From sequence record MT939492.1: a stretch of DNA of 64,000 nucleotides. One strand, 5' to 3'. Both the position numbers and the translations under genes were made by a program. Positions 49,273 through 59,299 of this stretch are shown one piece after another. Position 1 is the stretch's first letter. Each line of letters opens with the position of its first letter. The notes under the pieces were generated by a model. It was given only the letters and a program-made list of their open reading frames with translations, did not search any database and had not been told where the DNA came from.

Positions 49273-50817
49273 TTGGAGATATCCGTGGATCAGTCCGGTT
49301 ACGCGATGCGCATCGACGTCTACACGCATTACGTGAAGGCGACTAAGTTCGACACCATGGGCAAGACGGCGCTCTTTGAGTTCGCCATTGCGCAAGGTAT
49401 CCGTGGGTGGAAGCCCATCGGACGCGGCAAGTCAATCCAGTGCATCACTTCGATCTTCGCTGCGGCGACCAAAGATAGATCGGAGTTCCGGTTCCACATC
49501 AATCACTACGAAGCGCTGAAGCGCCACTTGGTAGCCTACGACCTCGGTCCGAACAAGATCGAAGAAGTGCACCATGGTGAGTATATCCCGGCGATCGCGA
49601 ACTTCGTCAAGATTTCAGATAAGAGCCTGTTTGACTATCAGGTTCCGCTTCACGAGTATTTCATTGCCGATGGCAAGACCAAGGTCGTCACCCTCCAGAC
49701 CGGTAAGGGTAAGACCATGTTGTTCTTGGAGTCGGTCTACAAGCTCAAGAAACGTGTCTTGCTGATCATCCGCCCCAAGTTCATCGACAAGTGGATTCTC
49801 GACTTCCGTGAGATGTTCAAGGAAACCGACACGTCGTTGGCGGTCATCCGTGGCGGCGCAGCTTTGTCCAATATGCTGCAGGCCTGCGTGGACGGCACCT
49901 TCGATGTCGACTTCACGATCATCTCCAACAAGACCTACCAGCTGTGGATCAAAGACTGGGAGCACACACGCGGCTCCTCTGGCGACTATCCGCTGTCACC
50001 GGACATGCTGTGCGAGGCGACGAAGGCTGGCGTCATTGCAGTCGATGAGGTGCACCTGGACTTCCATCTGAACTTCAAGATGGACCTGTACACCCACGGC
50101 GCCAAGTCGATGAACATGTCGGCAACGTTGGTCAGCGGTAACCCGAAGATCACCGAGATGTATCAGGTCAAGTTCCCCAAGTTGGAACGTTCGCCTGAAA
50201 TCGAATACGACAAGTACATTGCAGTGACAGCGTTGTCCTACACGATGCTGTCGCAGAAGGGCATGCGCTTCAAGCGAAGCATGGGTTACTCCCATACTGC
50301 GTTTGAAGAGTCGATCATGAAGGACAAGGAGCGCCTGAGGCATTACCTGACCATGATCGCAGGCATCACCAAGACCACCTACATCAATCGCATGGTGCCG
50401 GGCAAGAAGATGTTGATCTTCGCCTCCACCGTTGAGATGTGCACTCTGATCACCAAGTTCATCGATCCGATGTTCCCCGATCAGAAGGTCAACCGCTACG
50501 TTGGTGAGGACGACTACGCCGATCTGCACACCGCTGACATTGTGGTGAGTACGATCCAGTCGGCTGGTACGGCCGTCGACGTTGATGGCCTGTGGGTGGT
50601 TCTGATGACCGACTCCATTGACTCGATCCAATCCAACTTGCAGGTACTTGGTCGCCTGCGCAAGATGAAGGGTCAGTTCCTCGGTGTGACGCCGGAGTTC
50701 TACTACATCTTCTGCAATCAGATTGAAAAGCAAGTCCAGTATCACATGAACAAGTTGGAGCATTTCTCCGGCCGTGTGATCGGACATCGAACCTTGCTTA
50801 CCTCCTACAAGGTGTAA
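49273..50817 (+). CDS. Superfamily 2 (DExH) helicase (phiKZ gp75-like)
   Basis: Walker A LQTGKGKT, Walker B DEVH, SAT motif III, STIQSAGTAVD, QVLGRLR motif VI. Confidence 0.9.
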   Translation: MEISVDQSGYAMRIDVYTHYVKATKFDTMGKTALFEFAIAQGIRGWKPIGRGKSIQCITSIFAAATKDRSEFRFHINHYEALKRHLVAYDLGPNKIEEVHHGEYIPAIANFVKISDKSLFDYQVPLHEYFIADGKTKVVTLQTGKGKTMLFLESVYKLKKRVLLIIRPKFIDKWILDFREMFKETDTSLAVIRGGAALSNMLQACVDGTFDVDFTIISNKTYQLWIKDWEHTRGSSGDYPLSPDMLCEATKAGVIAVDEVHLDFHLNFKMDLYTHGAKSMNMSATLVSGNPKITEMYQVKFPKLERSPEIEYDKYIAVTALSYTMLSQKGMRFKRSMGYSHTAFEESIMKDKERLRHYLTMIAGITKTTYINRMVPGKKMLIFASTVEMCTLITKFIDPMFPDQKVNRYVGEDDYADLHTADIVVSTIQSAGTAVDVDGLWVVLMTDSIDSIQSNLQVLGRLRKMKGQFLGVTPEFYYIFCNQIEKQVQYHMNKLEHFSGRVIGHRTLLTSYKV

Positions 50818-50818
50818 C

Positions 50819-51448
50819 ATGGAAACGAAAGAATCGACCGTGTTGGTTTACGGCGAGCAGATCCGGGGTGGCGCAAGTCCCCCGGTCACCCATACTCCCA
50901 CTGAGAAAGACTGGCGGGAGTACATGGACGAATGCCGGGACACGGCCAAGGCGCCTCTGTCCATGCATCCTGAGCACTACAAGCCGCGCTGGATGGCGAT
51001 GCTGATCCACAAGCCTCGCCTGATCTCGATCGCGGCAGCATTGGCTGATGATGACTTCGTGAAAGAAGACTGGCGTCAGTACAACAAGCTTGGCGATCTG
51101 CACACCGGTATCAAGCGTGCGCTGACGGGCATGGCCTACATGCTCGGTCCGGACACCACGATGAAGATGATGCAGCTCAATGGGCGTGCTTTCATCTCGG
51201 CTGCACTGACCACGCTGGATATGGAGACCTCGCCCGGCGAGAACCCCGCACTGAACATGCTCGGGTTCATCATGAGCGAAGCCTCCGTGGAGCTGTACCC
51301 GACTGATCCTCGCTGTGGTTTCATCCACCTCTGCGGGCAGGTTGGTATCCCCTTCCGCTTCATCTCGGTCATCAAGCCCATCGTGGATGATTACCTCGAT
51401 GCGCACGATGATGTTACCGACGAATGCGGTAGCCTGATTTCCTCGTAA
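50819..51448 (+). CDS. Hypothetical protein
   Basis: 209 aa, abuts helicase stop. Confidence 0.65.
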   Translation: METKESTVLVYGEQIRGGASPPVTHTPTEKDWREYMDECRDTAKAPLSMHPEHYKPRWMAMLIHKPRLISIAAALADDDFVKEDWRQYNKLGDLHTGIKRALTGMAYMLGPDTTMKMMQLNGRAFISAALTTLDMETSPGENPALNMLGFIMSEASVELYPTDPRCGFIHLCGQVGIPFRFISVIKPIVDDYLDAHDDVTDECGSLISS

Positions 51449-51514
51449 GAACATAAGCCCCTCCCGGATGGGAGGGGCGCTATGCTGTAACTTAACCAAG
51501 GAGCAATACGAAAG

Positions 51515-53083
51515 ATGTCGATGTCACATGAAGCACTGACCCTGCGCGCAAGCCTGATCCGTCTGCAAACCGTGATTGGCCTGATGCTCGAAACTGGCGC
51601 TACGGTCACCGAAGAGCACATGCAGGAACTTACCAAGTACATGGGCGAAGTTGGCTTCGTCAATGAAACCTGCCTGTGGGAGCGCGCGATTGCTCTGCTC
51701 AATACCGGGGTGTACGTCGGTAATACGCGTCCTGCCCCAGGCACTGAACTGGGCGACAAACTACATGCCGCAGCTGTGCGTGCCGGAGATGCTAACATTA
51801 AAGCCGTGTTTAGTATCTCCGACTCTCTCAAGAAGATTACCGGCGGTAAGGAGTACTCGCATGGCGATTTCCATCAGCACCTGCGCAGCAATGTCGAATA
51901 CCAGGCCGATCGTTTCCTGAGTGGTCATCCGGTGGAGATCCAGATTCCGCCAACGCCGGAGTGCTACAATAAGGTGACCCTGCGCAATCAGGCACTCGTC
52001 CAGTATCTGTTCGATACCATCCCCACGATCAGGAAGATCGTTGCCTACAACGACCAGATCGGTGTCTCTACCTGGTACGAGTTCCCGAGGTCGATTGTAC
52101 AGGTGCGTATCGAAAACATTGATGGCGCCAAGTTGACGTTCACGAAGACGGTTGATGAGAAGCTGGTGCCGGGAACCAGGATCAGTCTTCCGTTCGAAGA
52201 CAACTTCGAGAGCGACGAAATCCCGTACAAGAAGCTCGGGATGGAGCTGGTCCGCGATCTCCCCCTGCCACCGATCCAGGTTTTGGAGCGCGCCACTGAG
52301 CTGCTGGAATACTACCGTGACGATGCCGACAAGTACCACCCTACCAATGCAAACCTCGCCATGTGCCACGGGTTCTGGCTGACGCAGAATGAACTCGAAA
52401 CTGACTTCCGTGGCAAGTACTTCATCGAGCTCAGCCTGGATCCGGTTAGCGACGAAGTTACGCTCGTTGTCAAGGATATGGACAATGTCGAGCGCCTGAC
52501 GGCAAAAGTTCCGCATCAGTACCGTAGTGATTCCATGCACTACACCTTCAATGATCCGAAGGCGGCAGTTGAGAAGGTCAAGGATCTGCTCTCCAAGGGC
52601 TTCATCCAAGGGAGCATTCAGTGGCCCACTGCCCGTAAGCTGGCAGCTGCAATGGCTACCAACGGCGTCAGGTTGATCATCAACGCCAAGGGCGACCCGA
52701 AGTATATCTACACCCTTGACCTGAACGAAGACACCGGCTTTGTTCTGCTGAAGATCGAAGACTTGGCAGGCAACGTGCTGCACGCCGCTCCCGTCATGGA
52801 TCTGATGCACTTGGGCTCCCGTAACTGGGAAACGCCAGTGAAGGAGATGGCACTGGAACTCATCAACAGTGCTGGACAATGTTCCTTTGCTGACTGCCAG
52901 GCGGTGGAGAATGAACTGGCGAAGAAGTTCACCACCGAATACCTTGACCACAAGCTCAAGGGCTTCAAGATGGTGGGAGTACAGGCGTTCAAGTACGCCA
53001 ACACCGGTAGGCCGTTCTTCATGGTCACCGTGACCGCAGACGCTTTGGAACAGCCCACCCTGTTCCCGGTCTACATGGACTAA
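51515..53083 (+). CDS. Hypothetical protein with internal repeat
   Basis: 522 aa, AAGGAG RBS; KYFIELSLDPVSDEVTLVVKD and KYIYTLDLNEDTGFVLLKIED repeats. Confidence 0.75.
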   Translation: MSMSHEALTLRASLIRLQTVIGLMLETGATVTEEHMQELTKYMGEVGFVNETCLWERAIALLNTGVYVGNTRPAPGTELGDKLHAAAVRAGDANIKAVFSISDSLKKITGGKEYSHGDFHQHLRSNVEYQADRFLSGHPVEIQIPPTPECYNKVTLRNQALVQYLFDTIPTIRKIVAYNDQIGVSTWYEFPRSIVQVRIENIDGAKLTFTKTVDEKLVPGTRISLPFEDNFESDEIPYKKLGMELVRDLPLPPIQVLERATELLEYYRDDADKYHPTNANLAMCHGFWLTQNELETDFRGKYFIELSLDPVSDEVTLVVKDMDNVERLTAKVPHQYRSDSMHYTFNDPKAAVEKVKDLLSKGFIQGSIQWPTARKLAAAMATNGVRLIINAKGDPKYIYTLDLNEDTGFVLLKIEDLAGNVLHAAPVMDLMHLGSRNWETPVKEMALELINSAGQCSFADCQAVENELAKKFTTEYLDHKLKGFKMVGVQAFKYANTGRPFFMVTVTADALEQPTLFPVYMD

Positions 53084-53141
53084 GCGGACATACTCCCCCT
53101 CCCGGTTGGGAGGGGGAGCTATGCCTGATGCTTTTTTTTTT

Positions 53142-53672
53142 CTACTTGCCGCCTTTTCCGCCGGAGGCTTCGCGTGCTGCGGCTTCGGCTGCCGCCTGCA
53201 ACTTACTCTGCCGCTCCAACCAATCAGCATTGCTCTTGAACATAATCTCCGTCTCGCGACGAGTGAGCAGCAAGAACTCGCTCCACGACACCCCGTATCG
53301 ATCCTTGATACCGTTGATCATGTAACGATACATCTTGTGTTCCAACGGTCCATACGACCCGTACTGCTCTTTCGGATGCATGGCAACAGCAGCCATCGGG
53401 CGCATGTCGCGCCCTTCACCTTGCTCGTCAAAACGAGAGTCGTGATGGAAGATGCCATAGAAGTCGTCGTACTCTTCCATGCACATCAACTGGACCGACA
53501 TTGAATCAACTTCACTCCTGACCGTAGCCAGGAGATGGTTGTGTGGTCCGTACTCATCAGTCTTGTCCAACCCGAAACGATCAAAGACTACATGACCGTT
53601 CGGGTCGGCTTGTTCAAGGTCTACATCACAGAGGCGGAAATCGCCTTCGCTGTGCGCTGGCCGAGGAGCGTG
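53142..53672 (-). CDS. Conserved small ORF, probable -1 frameshift extension of upstream chaperone-like gene
   Basis: Frame is open from 53735; only candidate start is an RBS-less TTG at 53570; C-terminal YGVSWSEFLLLTRRE resembles gpT/gp51-type tail chaperone tails. Confidence 0.6.
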   Translation of the reverse strand, partial: HAPRPAHSEGDFRLCDVDLEQADPNGHVVFDRFGLDKTDEYGPHNHLLATVRSEVDSMSVQLMCMEEYDDFYGIFHHDSRFDEQGEGRDMRPMAAVAMHPKEQYGSYGPLEHKMYRYMINGIKDRYGVSWSEFLLLTRRETEIMFKSNADWLERQSKLQAAAEAAAREASGGKGGK

Positions 53673-55354
53673 AAAAAAAGTCGTGTCACGTCGAGCGGCA
53701 GCAGGCGCGGATGCTTGGAGCCAGCCACGGTCTGCTCAGCGCCGCAGACACGGCACTCGTAACGCGGAATGGCGACCATCGCAACGGTCACCGAGTCGAT
53801 GAACTTCTGCACGCCTTCGACGAAGCTTTCCACCACGTCCTGACGGCTGGAGATTTCACCCAGCAGCTCCACGAACGATTCACGCACGTCATCGACGTCG
53901 TCCACTTCCGGATCGTAGGTCAGCACACCCGGCACCGCTTCTTCGGTGTTCTTGAAGATGATGCGCTTGACCCAGTGGCTGTACTGGCGAGCAGTGGCCA
54001 TGCGGGACTGAGCGAGGATGTACTGGTCACGCTCCTGGCCGTCCAGGGACGTACCGAAGGCCGCGTCCACGCGCTCTTCGATGGAGTTGATCCAGTCGAA
54101 GGACGACTTCTCGTACAGCTCCACCGTCGGAACGGCGAACTCCACGTACACGTCGTCGGTGATGGCGCACAGCACCGTGCTGGCGTAGGCATGGCCGTTG
54201 ACGTACTCGGCCAGCTCGGCGTCGTTGGTCTTCTGGGTACGGCGAGCCATCAGGCGGCGCTGGTTCTGGCTCAGGGCGCGTCGGTTGACGAACATCAGAC
54301 GCGAGAGGTTCAGCACTTCTTCTTCGATGTGCTGGCACTCGTTGGCGTGGTTGGTGCACGGACGCGCCAGCGGGTAGCCGTTCGGGTTGTTGATCAGACC
54401 CAGCTGCAGCATCAGCAGCGGGATATCGGTGATCAGCATCTTCTGCTTGACCACGGCCGGGCTGATGTCCTTCAGCGTGCTGTCGTACATCTTGCTGATG
54501 GCGAAGTTCACCACCGTCAGCTGATGGTAGACGTTGTTGGCCGAGAAGGCCAAGCCGCCGGAGACGCGGCCCAGGGTGATCTTGCTGTTGCCCAGCTGCT
54601 GTTCCAGTTCCAGCATCTCGCCTTCACCGGGCGCCTGCAGGGACACCCAGAAGCCGGAGTGCCACATCGGAGCCTGCGCCAGCGAACCCACGCCCAGGCG
54701 CGCCTTCAGGCGGCTCTTGGCTTCTTCACCGGAGACACGGCCGTTGGTGCTGGAGTTGCCGCCGGTAGCCACCGGGCGGCCGATCATCATTTCTTCGCCG
54801 TTGTAGTCGACCGTCTGCTGCCAGTCGGAACCTTCGACACCCAGAGCACGCTGACCGTAGTTGCCAGTGGGCATCAGGCGCGAACCACGCGCAGCACCTT
54901 CCAGCCAGCGGATGACTTCCGGAGTGGCGGTGAGGTTGAGGTTGTTCAGGCTTTCGCCGACCGGCGCGAACTCTTCAGCGGTCTGGTTCAGGGTCCACAG
55001 ATGGAAACCCTTCGTCACGTCCTGCTTCTCGGCTTCGGTGGTCAGCGGCCGGGTCAGCGGCCGGGTCAGGGTGACGGTCTTGCTCGGTTCGGTCGGCTCG
55101 GAGCGCTTGAGGTGCACACGACGCGAGGCGTCGGCGGCCAGCGTACGTTCACGCTTGGCGATGGGGCTTTCACCACCAACCTCGGCAGCCACCTGCTCGA
55201 TATCGGTGTACGGATCCTGAACCAGCGTTTCGACCGGCGTACCGTTGGTGTTGACGAACTCACGCGGATCATCGGCTACCTGAACCGGCGTCGCTTCGAC
55301 CGGGGTTTCAGCCGGCGGGGTTTCCTGGATGTTCTCGTTGGGATCCTGCGTCAC
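53621..55354 (-). CDS. Conserved tail/baseplate assembly chaperone-like protein (T4 gp26-like, tentative)
   Basis: 577 aa; Cys pairs (PCTN...ECQH; YECRVCG), acidic disordered N-terminus, GGAG RBS. Confidence 0.6.
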   Translation of the reverse strand: MTQDPNENIQETPPAETPVEATPVQVADDPREFVNTNGTPVETLVQDPYTDIEQVAAEVGGESPIAKRERTLAADASRRVHLKRSEPTEPSKTVTLTRPLTRPLTTEAEKQDVTKGFHLWTLNQTAEEFAPVGESLNNLNLTATPEVIRWLEGAARGSRLMPTGNYGQRALGVEGSDWQQTVDYNGEEMMIGRPVATGGNSSTNGRVSGEEAKSRLKARLGVGSLAQAPMWHSGFWVSLQAPGEGEMLELEQQLGNSKITLGRVSGGLAFSANNVYHQLTVVNFAISKMYDSTLKDISPAVVKQKMLITDIPLLMLQLGLINNPNGYPLARPCTNHANECQHIEEEVLNLSRLMFVNRRALSQNQRRLMARRTQKTNDAELAEYVNGHAYASTVLCAITDDVYVEFAVPTVELYEKSSFDWINSIEERVDAAFGTSLDGQERDQYILAQSRMATARQYSHWVKRIIFKNTEEAVPGVLTYDPEVDDVDDVRESFVELLGEISSRQDVVESFVEGVQKFIDSVTVAMVAIPRYECRVCGAEQTVAGSKHPRLLPLDVTRLFFTLLGQRTAKAISASVM

Positions 55355-55905
55355 TGCTCGTTCTCCTGATGCGAGGTTTCTTCGATCGGAGCTGCGACGG
55401 CCTCTTCGGCAGCCTTGTCGGCCTTCAGCTCTTCACGGGTTTCCTGGTCGTAGTAGCCCAGCGTCTGCACGATGTTGGGCATCACGATGCGGGTATGGCG
55501 ACCCTGCCAGTCGGCGTACTTCTCGGCGATATCGATGACCTGCATGGTCTCATCGCCAGTCATGCGCGGCTTGCTGGTCTTGCGCACGCGCGCGGTGACG
55601 GTGTTGGAGAACTCGACGTGGCCCTTGCGGATGCCATCGAGTTCGGTACGGAAGGTGCGGCTGTCCTGGCTGACGACCTGCGCCACCTTGACCAGCTCGG
55701 TCCGGTCTTCGACAGGAACCTGTTCCAGAGCTTCCTTGCTGCGCAGGATGTTCGAAACCGGCAGCACCTGCGCCAGCTGCTGTGCGCAGCCGGAGTAGAC
55801 GTCTTCCAGTTCACGCAGCGACTGCGCAGTCAGGTCACGGTCCCTGCCCGCCTTGTAGGGCTTGCGTGCGTTGGTGTTCTTGCGATTCTTGTTGCTAACG
55901 GGCAT
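55351..55905 (-). CDS. Conserved hypothetical protein
   Basis: ATG 55905 with GGAG upstream; helical; 4-nt overlap with next gene. Confidence 0.7.
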   Translation of the reverse strand: MPVSNKNRKNTNARKPYKAGRDRDLTAQSLRELEDVYSGCAQQLAQVLPVSNILRSKEALEQVPVEDRTELVKVAQVVSQDSRTFRTELDGIRKGHVEFSNTVTARVRKTSKPRMTGDETMQVIDIAEKYADWQGRHTRIVMPNIVQTLGYYDQETREELKADKAAEEAVAAPIEETSHQENEQ

Positions 55906-56002
55906 GTGTGCATCCACTCCGGGGATAGGTATGTCAAAAACGAATTGCAGCCTTTTCATATAAAGGCTGGTGTGTGTACTATTTTAACGAAAGGAGATTT
56001 GC

Positions 56003-56830
56003 ATGTCTGGTCTACTGACTGGCATTGCTCAGCTGGGTTGCTCCCCTGAGCGAGTTGCTCTGCTGGAACGCGTCCAAGACGTGCTTGCGGCCGTGGGCTT
56101 CACCGATATCGAGACTGAGGTGGAGAACGTCTACTTCAGCGGACAGGAAGTGGAGACCCACGTACTGATCGAAATGGTGGACAATCTCTTCCATGGTTAT
56201 CTGGACAGCTCGCTGAAACAGCAGGGCGTGTTCACTCGCGACGATGCGAGCATGGAACAGAAGATGGTACTGCTGGAAGACCTGCAGCGCTTCGCCAACT
56301 TCGATTCTCCGCAGTTCTTCATCGAACAGCTGGACCTGGACGCGTCGGACACCGAGCGCCTGTGCGCTGCGCTGGAGATCGTCGGTCAGTGGGTCGCAGA
56401 CCAGTACCTGGAGTTCATCATCCACGTCAACAAGGGCCTGCTCGATCGCATCCGTTCCTTCACCTCCGAAGTGGTTTCTGTCGAATCCTCGGACAGTGTC
56501 GAACTGACTCGCGGTCGCCTGCGCATCCGTAGCTTCACGCACGCCTTCGGTAGCAACTTGGTTGCTGAGCTGATTCGTGAGGGCTACGCCTGCGGCAACG
56601 AGTACACGCTCTACCTGCAGCAGCTGCGCGAACTGCTTCCCCAGCAGACCGATCAGGATCTGGCCAAGAACATGGTCGCGATCATGATGGTCAGTGGTCT
56701 GCCGAAGGAAGCTCTGCTCGCCACGGCCGTCGAGGAAATCGAACACATGGATCTGCCTCTGATGCGCGTGAGTGCAATCAACGGGCTGATCAGCAAGACC
56801 TACGGGGACTTCATCAATGCTCAAGCGTGA
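56003..56830 (+). CDS. Conserved hypothetical/virion protein preceding virion RNAP subunit
   Basis: 275 aa, AAGGAG RBS, overlaps next gene. Confidence 0.7.
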   Translation: MSGLLTGIAQLGCSPERVALLERVQDVLAAVGFTDIETEVENVYFSGQEVETHVLIEMVDNLFHGYLDSSLKQQGVFTRDDASMEQKMVLLEDLQRFANFDSPQFFIEQLDLDASDTERLCAALEIVGQWVADQYLEFIIHVNKGLLDRIRSFTSEVVSVESSDSVELTRGRLRIRSFTHAFGSNLVAELIREGYACGNEYTLYLQQLRELLPQQTDQDLAKNMVAIMMVSGLPKEALLATAVEEIEHMDLPLMRVSAINGLISKTYGDFINAQA

Positions 56831-58151
56831 TTACTTCATCCTCGCCATGAACAGCGAGGCATATCGCTGGAAGGCGTGGACCATCGAAGCGTTCGCCCTC
56901 ACCAACCTCGCAGGGAAGGATCGCACCGCCAAGGTTGACCCGTGGACTGATCCTGTCGGCGCCAAGCATCAGGGTGGTTATCCGTGCGCCCTGTTTGCTG
57001 ATGACCAGACGGTCTGGTTCCATCACCCGGAGAGCGGTGAGCGCATTGTCATCGAAGACCTCAAGCCGATGACCAAGCCGTTCGACTTCATGGACGAGTT
57101 GGAAGTCACCACCGAACAAGTACCGAACCTGCAGGAAGACGTCGTCACCACGTACGGCAACCTGCTGTTCAACTTCAACGTGCTGATCTACGCGTTCGGG
57201 GCAGTGATGCCCTACATCAACGCACCGGTGAATGTTCGCAAGATCGAAGCCGAACTGGAGCGCCGTCTCTACGAAGAGGGCGAAACCCCTCCGGCCGGCG
57301 GCGTCACCGTCGAGCAGTACAAGCGCTTCGCTGAAGCCATGCTCTACATGGCAGGCTTGACGCAGCTGTGCGTGCCAGCCGCCACGCCCAAGGCACTGAC
57401 GATCAATCCCGCGATCATCAAGCGCCGTGACGAATTGCTGGAAGAGCACAAGGACCGTCTCCACGATCCTGCAGTGATCTCCGAGATCGAGAACGAGCTG
57501 ATCGCCATGGACCGCGCGGACATGGCTGACGATGAGAGCATGGGCTTCCTCATCGACAACAAGTCCTTTGACATCGTCCGTAAGAAGACGCTGATCATGC
57601 ACGGCGCCGAGTCGGCATTCCAGGACGGCAACAATGTCCAGATGATCCCGACCTCGCTGGACGAAGGTCTTGACCCTGACTTCATGCCCGAGTACGCCAA
57701 CTCGTTGCGTGAGGGCTCCTACGCTCGCGGGACGCTGACAGCATTGGGCGGCTCGAAGGTGAAGGAAACCTACCGCGTCGCACAGAACGTCAGTGTTCAG
57801 AACGAAGACTGCGGCGTGAAGTTCGGCATTCCTACCTTGATCCCCAAGGGTAAGGAGAAGTACTACATCGGCAACTACTACTTCGAGAACGGCAAGCAAG
57901 GTCAGGTTACCGAAGAGAATGTTGCTGATCTGCAGACCCGCGCGATCGAAATCAGGTCGCCCATCTATTGCCATGCGGAAGGCTCGAACTACTGCCGCTT
58001 CTGCGTAGGCGATGCGCTGACGGCCGCCCCCGAGGCAATCCCCACCCTGCTGGCCGACGTTGGCTCGGCAATGATGGGGCGCTTCATGGCGCTGATGCAC
58101 GGCAAGAAACTCTCCACGGCCAAGTACGACTTCAAAACGGCCATCTCGTAG
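56817..58151 (+). CDS. Virion RNA polymerase beta'-like subunit, C-terminal fragment (phiKZ gp80-like)
   Basis: REGSYARG bridge-helix-like segment, EDCG, Zn site RSPIYC...YCRFCVG, GSAMMGRFMALMHG trigger-loop-like segment. Confidence 0.85.
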   Translation: MLKRDYFILAMNSEAYRWKAWTIEAFALTNLAGKDRTAKVDPWTDPVGAKHQGGYPCALFADDQTVWFHHPESGERIVIEDLKPMTKPFDFMDELEVTTEQVPNLQEDVVTTYGNLLFNFNVLIYAFGAVMPYINAPVNVRKIEAELERRLYEEGETPPAGGVTVEQYKRFAEAMLYMAGLTQLCVPAATPKALTINPAIIKRRDELLEEHKDRLHDPAVISEIENELIAMDRADMADDESMGFLIDNKSFDIVRKKTLIMHGAESAFQDGNNVQMIPTSLDEGLDPDFMPEYANSLREGSYARGTLTALGGSKVKETYRVAQNVSVQNEDCGVKFGIPTLIPKGKEKYYIGNYYFENGKQGQVTEENVADLQTRAIEIRSPIYCHAEGSNYCRFCVGDALTAAPEAIPTLLADVGSAMMGRFMALMHGKKLSTAKYDFKTAIS

Positions 58152-58202
58152 CATGGTATGCATAATGCCAATGCAGCCCAACAACTTCATTGACCCCGAG
58201 GT

Positions 58203-59096
58203 ATGAACATGTCGTATCAGCAGAAGAAGCTCAAGGATTTCACCGACGCCGACTACAAGGCCTGGGCACAGGACGGCACGCCGAACGTCAACGGCACCAA
58301 GAACACCGTCATCTTCAACCGCGCTCGTGGCCGCTTCGAAGGCGCCGCCGATCTGGATGATGCCGATCTGACCGCCCTGCTGCTGGCCCTGCCGCTGGAA
58401 GGCGAAGCACCGGCCGCCGCCGCCGCCGAAACCGCCGAAGCTCCGGCCGCCGCCCAGGACACCGCTGAAGCGCAGGTCGTGGAAGGCGTCGTCGATGCAC
58501 CGGCTGCCGCCGAAGAAGCCACCGAAGTCGAACGCGTGGAAAGCGCCGTCGAAACCCCGGTCAACACCCGCGCCGAAGTGGACGCCGTTCCCGACGACAT
58601 CGCCGGCCCGAACACCAACACCCCGCGCGTGGCCTCGGTGAAGGAAAACACCTTCGTGCCGATGGGCAAGCTGGACGTGGAAACCCTGGTCCGCTCGGAG
58701 ATGGAAACCTACCTGAAGGAGATGGCTCCGGGTAAGGCCGTCTCCGCCGAACGCGTGGTCGAACTGCAGCTTCGCCTGTGGCGCGTCATCAAGCGCGTGC
58801 TGGGTTCCACCGGCGGTGAGTTCAGCGCCAGCTTCAGCTACATGCTGCAGCTGTTCGCCGAGAACGACACCAAGCACTTCCACGTCGACCGCATCATGCG
58901 TGGCTTCACCAAGATCGGCTCCCGCATGCCGGCACGTGAGTTCAACGCGTTCCGCAACATGCTGGACACGATGAAGCTGCTGGCCAACCCGACCACCCGC
59001 AAGCTCACCCTGACGCAGACCGATCTGCCGTACGCTCTGCGCCATCTGAGCGACGAAGACCGGGGCAAGGTGCGCGCGTACTTCGAAGGCCTGTAA
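58203..59096 (+). CDS. Conserved hypothetical protein with Ala/Glu-rich linker
   Basis: 297 aa, strong codon bias, GAGG RBS. Confidence 0.75.
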   Translation: MNMSYQQKKLKDFTDADYKAWAQDGTPNVNGTKNTVIFNRARGRFEGAADLDDADLTALLLALPLEGEAPAAAAAETAEAPAAAQDTAEAQVVEGVVDAPAAAEEATEVERVESAVETPVNTRAEVDAVPDDIAGPNTNTPRVASVKENTFVPMGKLDVETLVRSEMETYLKEMAPGKAVSAERVVELQLRLWRVIKRVLGSTGGEFSASFSYMLQLFAENDTKHFHVDRIMRGFTKIGSRMPAREFNAFRNMLDTMKLLANPTTRKLTLTQTDLPYALRHLSDEDRGKVRAYFEGL

Positions 59097-59299
59097 GGGG
59101 CCTTATAGACTGCCTAGGAGGACTTCGGTTCTCCTAGGCAGCTATGCCCCTTATGCCCTATTCAAAAACCTTTCAACCCTATAACACCTAGCTGAGGTCT
59201 CAACTAAGACAAAGACCTTACTTCGCGGCATAAAGCCCGGGGCGCTCGCAACGCCCCGGGCTGTACTGCCTTTTCTACCATTCGACACAAGGAGACTTT

